Assembly: GCA_938075155.1 (NCBI GenBank)
Contig: CALJGL010000001.1
Coordinates: forward strand, 20,181-84,180
DNA from: an uncultured bacterium
GTDB taxonomy: Bacteria > Planctomycetota > UBA8108 > UBA1146
DNA length: 64,000 nt
Reading direction: 5' to 3'
Positions within the stretch are counted from its first letter, which is position 1, and every line of letters starts with the position of its first letter. The notes below the pieces were generated by a model. It worked only from the letters and a program-made list of their open reading frames with translations, was not told the origin of the DNA and did no database searches. The position numbers were made by a program, and so were the translations under genes. Below are positions 32,150-41,828 of this stretch, in pieces.

Positions 32150-33139
32150 TCAACCTTGTCCCCTGCCCTCATATTCTCGACTCGCGGTCTTTAGGAAGCT
32201 ACGCTCCTCGCGACTGAGAGAGTCGAGACCTTCCCTAGATACCTTTTCGAGAAGTTGATCGACCCGCTCACGAATCTGTTCTTCCCGTTTCGTGATCTTA
32301 TCTAATCGTCTCTGTTGAAATTCTTCACGCTTCCTGCACCACCAACTTTGCTTTGAACCCGAGCTCCCTTGCCACCACTCTTGGTCACCCGTGGCTTCCA
32401 TTCGTGACATAAAGTAGCTCTGAGCGAAGATCATGACAGCAATCGCCAACAAGAATCCACTCGCCCCATCGATGCTCAGCCATAGAAGAAACAATCCGCC
32501 TGAAACGATTCTTCCAGCAGTCACCAATACCTTTTGGGCTTTTCCTTCACCATGTCTCGCCCATGTAAGGGCATGCAGGATTCTTCCACCATCTAATGGC
32601 AAGGCCGGAAGCAGATTGAAAACTAATAGATCGAAATTAACGGCAGCGGCTATTGAGAGCGGATCAGAGACAGGCATTCGTAAGAAAAAAGAACCCCAAC
32701 CGTCCCCAAGAAAATAAGCCAATGGCATCAAGGTCAACCAGAGAATCAGATTCACCATGGGGCCCCCCATGGCGACGGCCAGATGCGGAGCAGGTCGATC
32801 GGGAACATCGACGCTAGCAAGCCCACCCAGTGGCCAAAGTAGAACTTCGTGGGCATTCCCCCCCACTTGGCGAGCCGCTCTGCAATGCCCCATCTCATGG
32901 AGGAACACTGAAACGAACAAAAAGCCGAGATAGTAAAGGACGGTACTATCGGTGTTCCCCTGAATCGTTGGATCGCTCCCCGGCTCAGGCCGAGAAAGGG
33001 AAATCCACTCCAGAAGCCCCCATAATAGGAAGATCCAATGCAGTCGAACCGTGATTCCCGCAACAGATCCCAGTCTCAGTCCACCCCGCTCAAACAATGA
33101 CGCCTCCTCGGTTCGAAAAAATCTTGATTCCTGACTCAC
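32150..33139 (-). CDS. M50-family (site-2 protease-like) zinc metalloprotease
   Basis: An HExxH motif (FLHEMGHCRAA) sits within a TM helix, there are several further TM segments, and the C-terminus is coiled and charged. Confidence 0.75.
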   Translation of the reverse strand: MSQESRFFRTEEASLFERGGLRLGSVAGITVRLHWIFLLWGLLEWISLSRPEPGSDPTIQGNTDSTVLYYLGFLFVSVFLHEMGHCRAARQVGGNAHEVLLWPLGGLASVDVPDRPAPHLAVAMGGPMVNLILWLTLMPLAYFLGDGWGSFFLRMPVSDPLSIAAAVNFDLLVFNLLPALPLDGGRILHALTWARHGEGKAQKVLVTAGRIVSGGLFLLWLSIDGASGFLLAIAVMIFAQSYFMSRMEATGDQEWWQGSSGSKQSWWCRKREEFQQRRLDKITKREEQIRERVDQLLEKVSREGLDSLSREERSFLKTASREYEGRGQG

Positions 33140-33176
33140 TCATTTATCACCTGAATATTGTCAGCCGTCCGTGGAT

Positions 33177-34703
33177 TCAAGATCCGAACTGAATGCCCTG
33201 CGCGAGTGGTAGCTCCTTTGAGTAATTTATCGTGCAGGTCTGACGTCTCATGTAAGCCTTCCAGGAATCGGAGCCGGATTCACGTCCTCCTCCGGTGTCC
33301 TTTTCTCCTCCGAAAGCTCCACCGATTTCTGCTCCACTTGTTCCAATATTGACATTGGCAATTCCACAATCGGATCCAACAGCGGAGAGAAACTTCTCTG
33401 ACTCTTGCACATCACGGGTAAAGATGGCACTGGAAAGTCCTTGAGGAACCTCATTATGCCAATCGATCACTTCATCCAGATCGGAATAACGCATCAGATA
33501 GAGGATAGGAGCAAAGGTTTCTTCATGAACTATCTTCATATCATGGCGAGCGCGAACCAATGCGGGCTCAACATAGTGACCACCGGCAGGAACTGATTCA
33601 GTACGGCGATTTCCGCCCAGAATCACTTCCCCTCCTTCTTCCACAACCTGAGTTAATGCCGAAAGCATATTCTCCACGGACTCATCATTGATCAGAGGGC
33701 CCATCAATATGCCATCCTCGAGGGGATCACCGATGGTGACCTGACCGTATGCAGAGATCAGTTGTGCTTCGAGTTCATCGGCGACACTTTCGTGAATAAA
33801 GAGACGACGGGTTGTCGTGCAACGTTGTCCTGATGTCCCACATGCGCCAAAGAGTACCGCACGGGTTGCCAGATCGAGATCGGCATTCTCAGTCACGACG
33901 ATGGCATTGTTTCCTCCCAATTCGAGAAGGCTACGCCCCAATCGCTGTCCGACGACCTCTGCAACTCTTCGTCCCATTCGGCAAGACCCTGTTGCACTGA
34001 TTAATGGAACCCTGCGGTCAGCGATGAGAGCTTCTCCGACGGGATCCGCATCGCCAACGATCAACCCGAAGATCGGCGGAGCTTCCATTTCGTCCAGAAC
34101 TTTTTGTGCAATCTTATGTGTTGCGATAGCGCAAAGAGCCGTCGCTGGAGACGGCTTCCAAATGACAGCATCGCCACAGGCAGCGGCAACCAGTGCATTC
34201 CATGACCAAACCGCAACAGGAAAATTGAAGGCTGAAATACATCCGACGACTCCCAGTGGATGCCATTGTTCATACATTCGGTGCCCAGGGCGTTCAGAGT
34301 GCATTGTCAAACCATAAAGTTGACGAGAGAGGCCCACGGAAAAATCGGCGATGTCGATCATCTCCTGAACTTCGCCAAGCCCCTCGGGGAGTATTTTCCC
34401 CATCTCTGCAGTCACAAGACGACCTAATGGATCTTTATGCTCCCTAAGAGCCTCTCCGATCCTTCGCACCACTTCCCCTCTTAGGGGAGCGGGCCAAGTC
34501 CGCCATTCCTGAAAAGCCGCGTGGGTCGAGGTAACTACTTTTTCGTAATCCTCGAGCCCACCACAGGTCACAGTCCCCAATAAGGACCCATCGATCGGTG
34601 AACGACACTCTAGTTGGGGCCCTTGAGCCTCGAGCCACTGATCAGAATAAGCACCTGAATTGGATTCTCCAATTCCCAGAACGTCCAGAAAAGTACGATC
34701 CAT
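33177..34703 (-). CDS. Aldehyde dehydrogenase, ALDH7 family (piperideine-6-carboxylate/alpha-aminoadipic semialdehyde dehydrogenase-like)
   Basis: The product has ...FQEWR..PAPLRGEVVRRIGEALRE...EVQEMIDIADFSVGLSRQLYG...GGAFGGEKDTGGGRESGSDSWKAYMRRQTCTINYS, the antiquitin-type signature (508 aa). Confidence 0.9.
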   Translation of the reverse strand: MDRTFLDVLGIGESNSGAYSDQWLEAQGPQLECRSPIDGSLLGTVTCGGLEDYEKVVTSTHAAFQEWRTWPAPLRGEVVRRIGEALREHKDPLGRLVTAEMGKILPEGLGEVQEMIDIADFSVGLSRQLYGLTMHSERPGHRMYEQWHPLGVVGCISAFNFPVAVWSWNALVAAACGDAVIWKPSPATALCAIATHKIAQKVLDEMEAPPIFGLIVGDADPVGEALIADRRVPLISATGSCRMGRRVAEVVGQRLGRSLLELGGNNAIVVTENADLDLATRAVLFGACGTSGQRCTTTRRLFIHESVADELEAQLISAYGQVTIGDPLEDGILMGPLINDESVENMLSALTQVVEEGGEVILGGNRRTESVPAGGHYVEPALVRARHDMKIVHEETFAPILYLMRYSDLDEVIDWHNEVPQGLSSAIFTRDVQESEKFLSAVGSDCGIANVNIGTSGAEIGGAFGGEKDTGGGRESGSDSWKAYMRRQTCTINYSKELPLAQGIQFGS

Positions 34704-34843
34704 GTCTCTCGCTCACCTTCAATATTCAACTTGATCTGAATCAGCCTGCGCCAAATGAAACATGGCAAAAAAGCAGGAAGTAGAGGCCAGAACACTCAAC
34801 GGGCTTCAACCCTTCGTCGGGTACCTCTTTATTCGTCAAAGTA

Positions 34844-34903
34844 AACAGCACTGCCGATGTTTAAAGAAAACAGCGCTGCCTGGTGCAAAATAAACAGCCC
34901 GGC
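34844..34903. promoter_or_regulatory. Three direct repeats AAACAGC(A/G)CTGCC, 23-24 bp apart, in the long leader upstream of the dockerin-protein island
   Basis: The copies are AAACAGCACTGCC (34844-34856), AAACAGCGCTGCC (34867-34879) and the degenerate AAACAGCCCGGCG (34891-34903). They lie in an 815-bp AT-richer non-coding interval. Confidence 0.35.
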
Positions 34904-35517
34904 GAAGGAAATCGAGTCGAACCGGTTTGATCTCGCCAACGACATCTCTACAATTTCGTTCTCAGAGGCCCGCATCGGAACTAATTACCGCACTCTAAGT
35001 CCTTCATGAGGATCTGAAAAAAAATATTGAACTTTTCAATCTTTGGGCCTGTTTTTTAATGCTTCGGCTTTTTTAAGCCTTTTTAGCCCTTTCCCAAGGG
35101 GCCCTACACCTATACAAACTGAAGCTCACAATCCCTGATTGATAGGTATGACATTTTTTTATTCTCCCTACTCTTGCGGCCGGAATTTCATGGTTACAAT
35201 CGAGGAGGCTCTGGGCGTGTCCCAAAGTGCGTTTTGAGAAAATAGAACATGAATCCAACCTCTGTTTATTGGTATTGGATTCGAAAAGGGTGCCCATGTA
35301 TTTTTGTGGCGTCCCTGACTCTTCAAACGGGCTTAGACGTGTCAATTTGCTTTTGGACAACTTGATTACTCGGACAATTTAAAATTGAAAAGATCTCTTT
35401 TCTGTATTTAACCGGCCCTGGGCCGTGAGAAATACGGAAGAAACACTTGGTGATAAACCCAAGTTTAATTTGAAACTTTGATAAACCAGCAACTCCAGTC
35501 GAAAGGGAGTTTGACTT

Positions 35518-38500
35518 ATGAAAAATGCAATGTTGTTAGGACTTATTGCCTGCTTAGCAGCGCTCGTTCCTTTCACCTCCATCGAAGCCCAACCCGCAAA
35601 TGATGAATGTGCAACTGCACAAATCGTCGGCGAAGGCTCATTTCCTCTCGACAATACTGGATCGGTCGTAGAAGGCCCAACAGACTGTGACGCCCAAATG
35701 AGCACAGATGTCTGGTTCCTCTACACCGCCACTGATACAGGAAATGCTCTTATCGAGACCTGTAACACTCTTGGAACGATGGACGACACCGTTCTTATCG
35801 TTTACGACGGCGCACTGGGTTGCCCGACGGCAGGCGCAGCCTGCCTCGTCAGCGATGACGACGGTTGCACCGCTCCAAACTTTAGTTCCACAGTACAGCT
35901 GCCTGTCATTTCAGGTGAGTCCTACCTCGTTCAGGTCGGTGGCTGGAATGGCGCAGTGGGATCGAGTGACCTCAGTATTTCAATCCTTGGTGCAGAGATT
36001 TGCGATGACGGCATCGATAACGACGCCGACGGAGCCATCGACTGTGCAGACATCGACTGTGGTGGCGACCCTGTCTGCGGTACCGAAATTTGCGACGACG
36101 GAATCGACAACGATGGCGATGCAGCTGTCGATTGTGCCGACCTCGACTGCATAGGTACTCCCGCCTGTCCTTCAGCAACAAATGACGACTGTGCCAATGC
36201 CACACCCGTCGGAGAAGGTATTTTCCCCGTTGATAATACTATTTCGACACTAGACGGCCCCACCGACGCTGATGCGAACATGGGTACAGACGTTTGGTAC
36301 CTCTACACCGCAAGCGAAACCGGCAATGCTATCATCCAGACTTGTGAGACTCTGGGCACCTTGGATGACACTGTCATCATCGTTTACGACGGTGCTGCAG
36401 GTTGCCCAATTGCTGGATCTCCATTCCTCGGGAGCGATGACGACGGCTGTGCAAACCCAGCCTTCAGTTCTATCGTGAACATTCCCGTCTTTGCTGGAGA
36501 CACCTACCTTGTTCAGGTCGGTGGCTGGAACGGTGCAGTGGGAACAAGTGATCTCGATATTTCGATCGCTGCTCCCGAAATCTGCGACGACGGAATCGAT
36601 AACGACTTCGACGGCACCATCGACTGTGCAGATACAGACTGCATCGGCTTCCCAACATGCGGAGCTGAAGTCTGTGACGACGGTCTTGATAACGACGGCG
36701 ATGGACTGATCGACTGTCTCGACTTGACCGACTGTCTCGGAACCCCTTCCTGTCCTGCGGCCAGTAACGACGAATGCATCACTTCGACAGAAATCGTCAT
36801 CACCGGTTCGGGTATCTACACGGCAGCGATGGACAATAACTCCGCTTCCACGGGACTCGATCCTCTTCCAACTATTCCCTGTAACGTGTTGGGACAGCTG
36901 GCCAACGATATCTGGTACTCCTTTACTCCCGACGTGGACATGAGTGTTGAACTTCACACCTGTGACCCCCTCGGATGGGATACAGATTTGGTTCTCTACG
37001 AAGGCGCAGATTGCAGCCTTCTCACAGAATTAGCTTGTGACGGTGACGGAGTGGGCCTCACGGGCTGCCAAGGATTCTACAGTTACATCAACTTTGTTCC
37101 GGTCTTCGCAGGAGTTGAATACAAAATCCGCTGTGGTTCATGGGGTGCTGGTCTAGGCACTGGACTTCTGACTCTGAATGCCGTGATTCCAGGTGTTGAG
37201 GACTGCCTCAACGGTCTTGACGATGACGTCGACGGACTGACCGACTGCGCAGACCCCGACTGTTTCACTGAGCCCAACTGTGATGAATCTCAAAACTGCT
37301 TCGACGGCATCGACAATGATGTCGATGGTCTGATCGACTGCCTTGACGACGATTGTGCCGCTGATCCGGGTTGTGCCGAGATTTGTGACGACGGCTTAGA
37401 CAATGACGGTGACGGACTGATTGACTGTGCAGACAACACCTGTGCATGCACCGCAGCCTGCCCCATACCTCTGGACGCCGATGAATGCTGTTCGGCACTC
37501 CCAGTCACTGACGGAGCGAATGCTTTCGACACAACTCTGTTAACTGATAGTGGTAACAACATCACCAACTGCGGAGGTGGCTTCGGAGCGATGAGCACCG
37601 ATGGTTGGTTCTCATACACTGCAACCGCAGACGGTAGCCTCTTTTGGGATACATGCGATGCGGCTTCATTCGATACTGACGTAAACGTCTACACCGGATC
37701 TTGCGACGCACTCATCGACGTTGATTGCAACGGAGATGGCGTGGGTCTCACGGGCTGCCAAGCATTCTACTCCTCTGGTGGTTTCCAGGTTCTTTCAGGT
37801 GAGACTTACTTTATCCGTATCGGTGGATTTGGTGCAGGAACTGCAGGATTGGGCACACTGAATATCAGTGTCACCTGTGCAGATCTGATCACCGGCTTTG
37901 CCGGAGCAAACGACTGCTCAACTAACGATGTCACGTTAACTTGGGATCCTGCTGGTTACGACACTTACGACGTTTCCAGAGACGGTGTGGTTCTTGCCAC
38001 CGGTCTTCCCGCTGGCACCGTCAGCTACATTGACAGTTCTGGACTGGCCAATGGCACATACAACTACGAAGTTTCAGGCGTCTGTAACGCAGGTGGTGGC
38101 GATACCCAGCAGACGAGTGTCTCTGTGGCATGCTCCTCAGGTGGAGAAACAGACCTGATCATCAATACTGATCCAGGACTTGGACTGGTTGATAGTACGG
38201 GTGCCCTTGAAGTCGCTCTGACCGCCAACGGCATCGCATTCCTAACCGTTCCGGATGCACCTGCAACCCTTCTCGGTAGCGTCATCGGTTCATACGAAAG
38301 AGTCTGGGTCATGACTGGTACCTTCGGCTCCGACGGCCGTTTGACGAGTGCCGACAGTGATGCACTGGGTTCCTGGATTGAAGCTGGAATCGGCGTCTAC
38401 CTCGAAGGTGGAGACCACTGGGGATTCGCAGTAAATGCCGGTAACTTTGATAACTACGACGGCGTCATTGGCGCTGCAGATGGAGATGACACCTTCGTCA

Positions 38501-39105
38501 GCATGAACGGGTTAGATACTCTGATCGGAACCGACTGGAGTGATCTCCTCGGCGTGCCCTACACTCAGGATCAGGCGGGTAATGACTGGACTGACCAGTT
38601 GACCGTTGGCCCCGAGTTGGGTGGACCCGATGTTGGCGCGATCTGGCAAGAGGCCGCTGGACTTTACACCACGGGTGCTCTTAGCCTGAACCAAGACTTG
38701 GGAGGTAGCCCCATTGGAGTTGCCCTTATCCAGTCTTGGGAATTTGGTGGCTTCGGTGGAGATCAGACCGATCTCGCTGCACGCATGCTCGCTGCATTGG
38801 GCGGCAACAGCGGTCCTGTCGGTCCAAACTTCGGCCGTGGTGACTGTAATGCCGACGGCGGATTTAACATTGCGGACGCCATCTTTGTGTTGGCTGCACT
38901 CTTCAGTGGAGGACCGTCTGGGACTTGTCTCGACGCCTGTGATTCCAATGACGATGGCGGAGTCAACATTGCGGACGCGATCTTCTCACTGGCAGCCTTG
39001 TTCAGTGGTGGTCCTCCTCCGAGTGCTCCTGCGCCCGGCACCTGTGGTCTAGATGCCACCGATACCGACGCACTCGACTGTGTGTCATTCCCACCATGCC
39101 CGTAA
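35518..39105 (+). CDS. Giant secreted protein 1 (1195 aa): four Cys-rich beta-sandwich modules, eight Asp/Cys-rich repeats, a shared central module and a C-terminal double dockerin-like module
   Basis: The gene has the RBS AGGGAG and a signal peptide ([24 protein letters not shown]). The repeated module has the pattern NDECA...DVWFLYTA...TC..DT...Y.G..GC....C..DDDGC...Y.VQVGGW. The [22 protein letters not shown] repeats occur eight times. The C-terminus reads [26 protein letters not shown]...[25 protein letters not shown]...DCVSFPPCP. Confidence 0.85.
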   Translation: MKNAMLLGLIACLAALVPFTSIEAQPANDECATAQIVGEGSFPLDNTGSVVEGPTDCDAQMSTDVWFLYTATDTGNALIETCNTLGTMDDTVLIVYDGALGCPTAGAACLVSDDDGCTAPNFSSTVQLPVISGESYLVQVGGWNGAVGSSDLSISILGAEICDDGIDNDADGAIDCADIDCGGDPVCGTEICDDGIDNDGDAAVDCADLDCIGTPACPSATNDDCANATPVGEGIFPVDNTISTLDGPTDADANMGTDVWYLYTASETGNAIIQTCETLGTLDDTVIIVYDGAAGCPIAGSPFLGSDDDGCANPAFSSIVNIPVFAGDTYLVQVGGWNGAVGTSDLDISIAAPEICDDGIDNDFDGTIDCADTDCIGFPTCGAEVCDDGLDNDGDGLIDCLDLTDCLGTPSCPAASNDECITSTEIVITGSGIYTAAMDNNSASTGLDPLPTIPCNVLGQLANDIWYSFTPDVDMSVELHTCDPLGWDTDLVLYEGADCSLLTELACDGDGVGLTGCQGFYSYINFVPVFAGVEYKIRCGSWGAGLGTGLLTLNAVIPGVEDCLNGLDDDVDGLTDCADPDCFTEPNCDESQNCFDGIDNDVDGLIDCLDDDCAADPGCAEICDDGLDNDGDGLIDCADNTCACTAACPIPLDADECCSALPVTDGANAFDTTLLTDSGNNITNCGGGFGAMSTDGWFSYTATADGSLFWDTCDAASFDTDVNVYTGSCDALIDVDCNGDGVGLTGCQAFYSSGGFQVLSGETYFIRIGGFGAGTAGLGTLNISVTCADLITGFAGANDCSTNDVTLTWDPAGYDTYDVSRDGVVLATGLPAGTVSYIDSSGLANGTYNYEVSGVCNAGGGDTQQTSVSVACSSGGETDLIINTDPGLGLVDSTGALEVALTANGIAFLTVPDAPATLLGSVIGSYERVWVMTGTFGSDGRLTSADSDALGSWIEAGIGVYLEGGDHWGFAVNAGNFDNYDGVIGAADGDDTFVSMNGLDTLIGTDWSDLLGVPYTQDQAGNDWTDQLTVGPELGGPDVGAIWQEAAGLYTTGALSLNQDLGGSPIGVALIQSWEFGGFGGDQTDLAARMLAALGGNSGPVGPNFGRGDCNADGGFNIADAIFVLAALFSGGPSGTCLDACDSNDDGGVNIADAIFSLAALFSGGPPPSAPAPGTCGLDATDTDALDCVSFPPCP

Positions 39106-39153
39106 TCACAGGCATTAGGGTTTAAGCGGCTCTGCTTTCAGAGTCACTTTGAA

Positions 39154-39188
39154 GGGATCTCTCCAAATGGAGAGATCCCTTTTTTTTT
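39154..39188 (+). terminator. Rho-independent terminator
   Basis: The hairpin GGGATCTCTCC-aaat-GGAGAGATCCC is followed by T9, 50 nt after the stop of protein 1. Confidence 0.7.
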
Positions 39189-39446
39189 GCATACGTGGGC
39201 CCATTTCTCACCCACATTGAACTGCCCAAAAGCCTAAAGTTTTAAGTTCCCAGATATACGACACATCTGACTCAACTCTCTTTCATGACTAAACTGTCAT
39301 GCAAGTCACATAGGCCTCGCATGTATACTTCGTAATATATATGTTCTATTTGTATAGTTATTCACCTCAGGTCGAAGTGGTCCTTTATGCCCACATTCTT
39401 CGCCTTCGAAACATTATCAATCTTGAGAACTAGGCCTGGAATTATC

Positions 39447-41498
39447 ATGCTTTCAAACTCGTCGAGTTTAATAACGTCCCAGATTCTCCATCGGTCGATA
39501 AACCTACTGATCATTTCCGTGGCCTTATTGATCAGTTCTCGTTGTCAATCTCAGGTGATCCCTACAGGACTCCTCGAAGAAACTCCCCCTCGATCCGCGA
39601 ACACCTCATCCGGAACGGGTCCGCTGTCTCCTTCGGATCTCGTCGCGGGTCCTTTCTCCCTCTCCGGGAGCAGTGCCTACGGCATCTGTTACATGCCTGG
39701 AAATAACCCTTGGGGACTTCCGATCCTTGTGGTGGCTGAACTCTTCAGTGCTGAAAGCTGGGTCTACAATGCGCTGGATTTGACACCACTCTCGTCCATT
39801 CCAAATCCCCCATCTGGAATTTCTGTAACAGGAGTCACGACAGATGGGACTTATTTGTATTGGGGAGTGATCAATCCACCCGGTCCCAATGAACTCTGGA
39901 GATCCAATCCGGACGGAAGCTCTGCGTTTCTTCTCGGAGAGGCAGACATTCAAGGTGGTGGATTTATTGGAGGACTTTGCTGGGATGGGAATCAAGGCAT
40001 TTGGGCTAACGACATCACCGCGGATCAATATGACCTTCTCTCCATCAGTGACGGTACATATTTAGGCGTATCTGTTGACCACCCAGATGGAGGTGGAATG
40101 GGGAACGGCCTTGCCTTCAGAGCCGACTGTCAACGTCTCGCCATACCTCATGGGCATGACTTCTCAGGGAGAGTAACGACGATTTCGAGTACCTCGACAC
40201 AAAGTTCAATCCCCCTAGGCCCCGTGGACATCAGTGAGAACGGTTTCTTCATCAATGGAATTGAAAGCTCTCGCCCCGCAGTCGATCCGATGGCTGATCC
40301 GTTTGGGATCTTCACATATTGGGTCGTCGATAATTCCAGCAACACCATATCAGTCGTAGAGGGGCACGACGGATGCCCAACTCTCATCGACCCCATCCAA
40401 GAGTTTGAATGCAGTGCTGACAGCGATGGTGTCATCCAAGTGACATGGAACAGATCTTCTCAAATCGAGAATATGGAGATCCGTCTCGATGGAATCCTAA
40501 TGGCGACCGTTCCAGCGAGTCAGGGGAACTGGACGGGTGTGTCACCGACACTCCCAGACGTCCTACGGATTCAAATCCAGGGTTTCAATGGCAATAATTG
40601 GACCCCCCCCACCCACTGTGACTTGGTTCTTCCAGGATGTAATCCCTCTGTAATGGAAGTCGCCCACGTCACCAATAGCGAAGAGTTGGCTTTGGGAACT
40701 CCATTTTGTGGAGACTTGAATGGACACTTGGAACAGTCCTATTGGAGATCGTTTTCTCCATGCCTCTCTCCATTTTCACTCTCTGACGGTTTGATTCTGG
40801 AATCTATTCGATTGGGCATTGAGCAATCTGACCCAGCGCCGGGTATGCAAACCCAACCCCTCGTCCTCAAGATCTATCAGGACCCCGACGGTGGCGACGT
40901 GGGTCCAATATCCACTTTGGTTCTCCTCCATGAACAAGTATTCCTAGCTCCGGCTCTCTCTATGAATCATTTATGCGTCACGTTGGATGCTCCCCTAACA
41001 ATTCCGTGTGATCTCGACGTCGTTGTAGAGATTTTTCTTCCCGACGGTAGTCTCGATGGACATGTTTTTGTTCTGGGTTCAAATTCAAATGGTGAATCTC
41101 ATGAAACATGGCTTTCAGCACCGGGATGCTCCATCGACTCACCCACCCCTCTCTCTAACTTGGGATACATCAATCGTCACATCGTGATGCAGTTCAGAGG
41201 ATCACTTCCGGATTCAAACTTCGCTCGGGGTGATATCAATTCGGACAACTCCATCAATTTGGTCGATGCTGTTTTATTATTGGAAGCTCTATTCACTCCA
41301 GGCGCAGAACCCTTGAACTGTCAAGATGCCGCGGATGGAAATGACGACGAAGGCGTGAATTTGGCGGATGCCATTTTTATTCTCAGCTACCTTTTCATTC
41401 CTGGGTCACCTGAGATTCCCGATCCGACAACCTCATGTGGCCCTGATCCCACCTCTCCAACTCTTCTGGATTGTCAAATTCATCCAAATTGTCCCTGA
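39447..41498 (+). CDS. Giant secreted protein 2 (~683 aa from the internal start; the ORF track start is 39387): Fn3-like/beta-rich region and a C-terminal double dockerin-like module
   Basis: The signal-like segment is MLSNSSSLITSQILHRSINLLIISVALLISS. The C-terminus reads ARGDINSDNSINLVDAVLLLEALF...NDDEGVNLADAIFILSYLF...LLDCQIHPNCP. Confidence 0.75.
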   Translation: MLSNSSSLITSQILHRSINLLIISVALLISSRCQSQVIPTGLLEETPPRSANTSSGTGPLSPSDLVAGPFSLSGSSAYGICYMPGNNPWGLPILVVAELFSAESWVYNALDLTPLSSIPNPPSGISVTGVTTDGTYLYWGVINPPGPNELWRSNPDGSSAFLLGEADIQGGGFIGGLCWDGNQGIWANDITADQYDLLSISDGTYLGVSVDHPDGGGMGNGLAFRADCQRLAIPHGHDFSGRVTTISSTSTQSSIPLGPVDISENGFFINGIESSRPAVDPMADPFGIFTYWVVDNSSNTISVVEGHDGCPTLIDPIQEFECSADSDGVIQVTWNRSSQIENMEIRLDGILMATVPASQGNWTGVSPTLPDVLRIQIQGFNGNNWTPPTHCDLVLPGCNPSVMEVAHVTNSEELALGTPFCGDLNGHLEQSYWRSFSPCLSPFSLSDGLILESIRLGIEQSDPAPGMQTQPLVLKIYQDPDGGDVGPISTLVLLHEQVFLAPALSMNHLCVTLDAPLTIPCDLDVVVEIFLPDGSLDGHVFVLGSNSNGESHETWLSAPGCSIDSPTPLSNLGYINRHIVMQFRGSLPDSNFARGDINSDNSINLVDAVLLLEALFTPGAEPLNCQDAADGNDDEGVNLADAIFILSYLFIPGSPEIPDPTTSCGPDPTSPTLLDCQIHPNCP

Positions 41499-41828
41499 TA
41501 TGACCATTCTGGAGTCGTGACAGGTTAATCAGGTGCTTGACCCCGGACGTGGGACAGGTAAATTTGGGATATTGGGCGAATGAGTATTTTTTTCATTTAT
41601 TTGAGGCTGTTGATGGTCTCGCAGTTATGAGTTTCGTATTGCAGAGGGCAGAACCTCTACATACGAAAAGATGGATACTCTTAGCAATAATTTGAATTTT
41701 AGTTTCCAGCATCACCCAGAGATGTTGTGAACACTTATCCTGCCATCAGATGGCATCTCGAAGTAATCAACATATTAACCGGCCAATCCGGCGTGGATTT
41801 GCCATTAAACCAGGAAGGGTTTTCTAAT

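Noticed and set aside
35708-36957. Several ORFs (35708-36154 +, 35931-36281 -, 36250-36957 -, 36513-36803 -) inside giant protein 1, and similar ORFs in proteins 3-5
   Set aside because: These are low-complexity Ser/Ala/Pro-rich alternative or antisense frames generated by the GC-rich repetitive Asp/Gly/Cys coding sequence. The main frame has clear modular repeats, a signal peptide and an RBS.
36000-37450. Tandem near-identical ~63-72-bp nucleotide repeats (possible CRISPR or VNTR?)
   Set aside because: They are in-frame coding repeats for the E(I/N)CDDG(I/L)DND.DG.IDC.D.DC peptide unit. They are not a CRISPR array: spacers are not unique and there is no leader or cas context.
38829-39105. 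RGD tripeptide at the start of the dockerin-like segments read as an integrin-binding motif
   Set aside because: In four of the five copies the Arg-Gly-Asp coincides with the first Ca-coordinating Asp of the EF-hand-like loop (RGDxNxDG), so it is most simply explained by the dockerin consensus. It is mentioned only as a curiosity.
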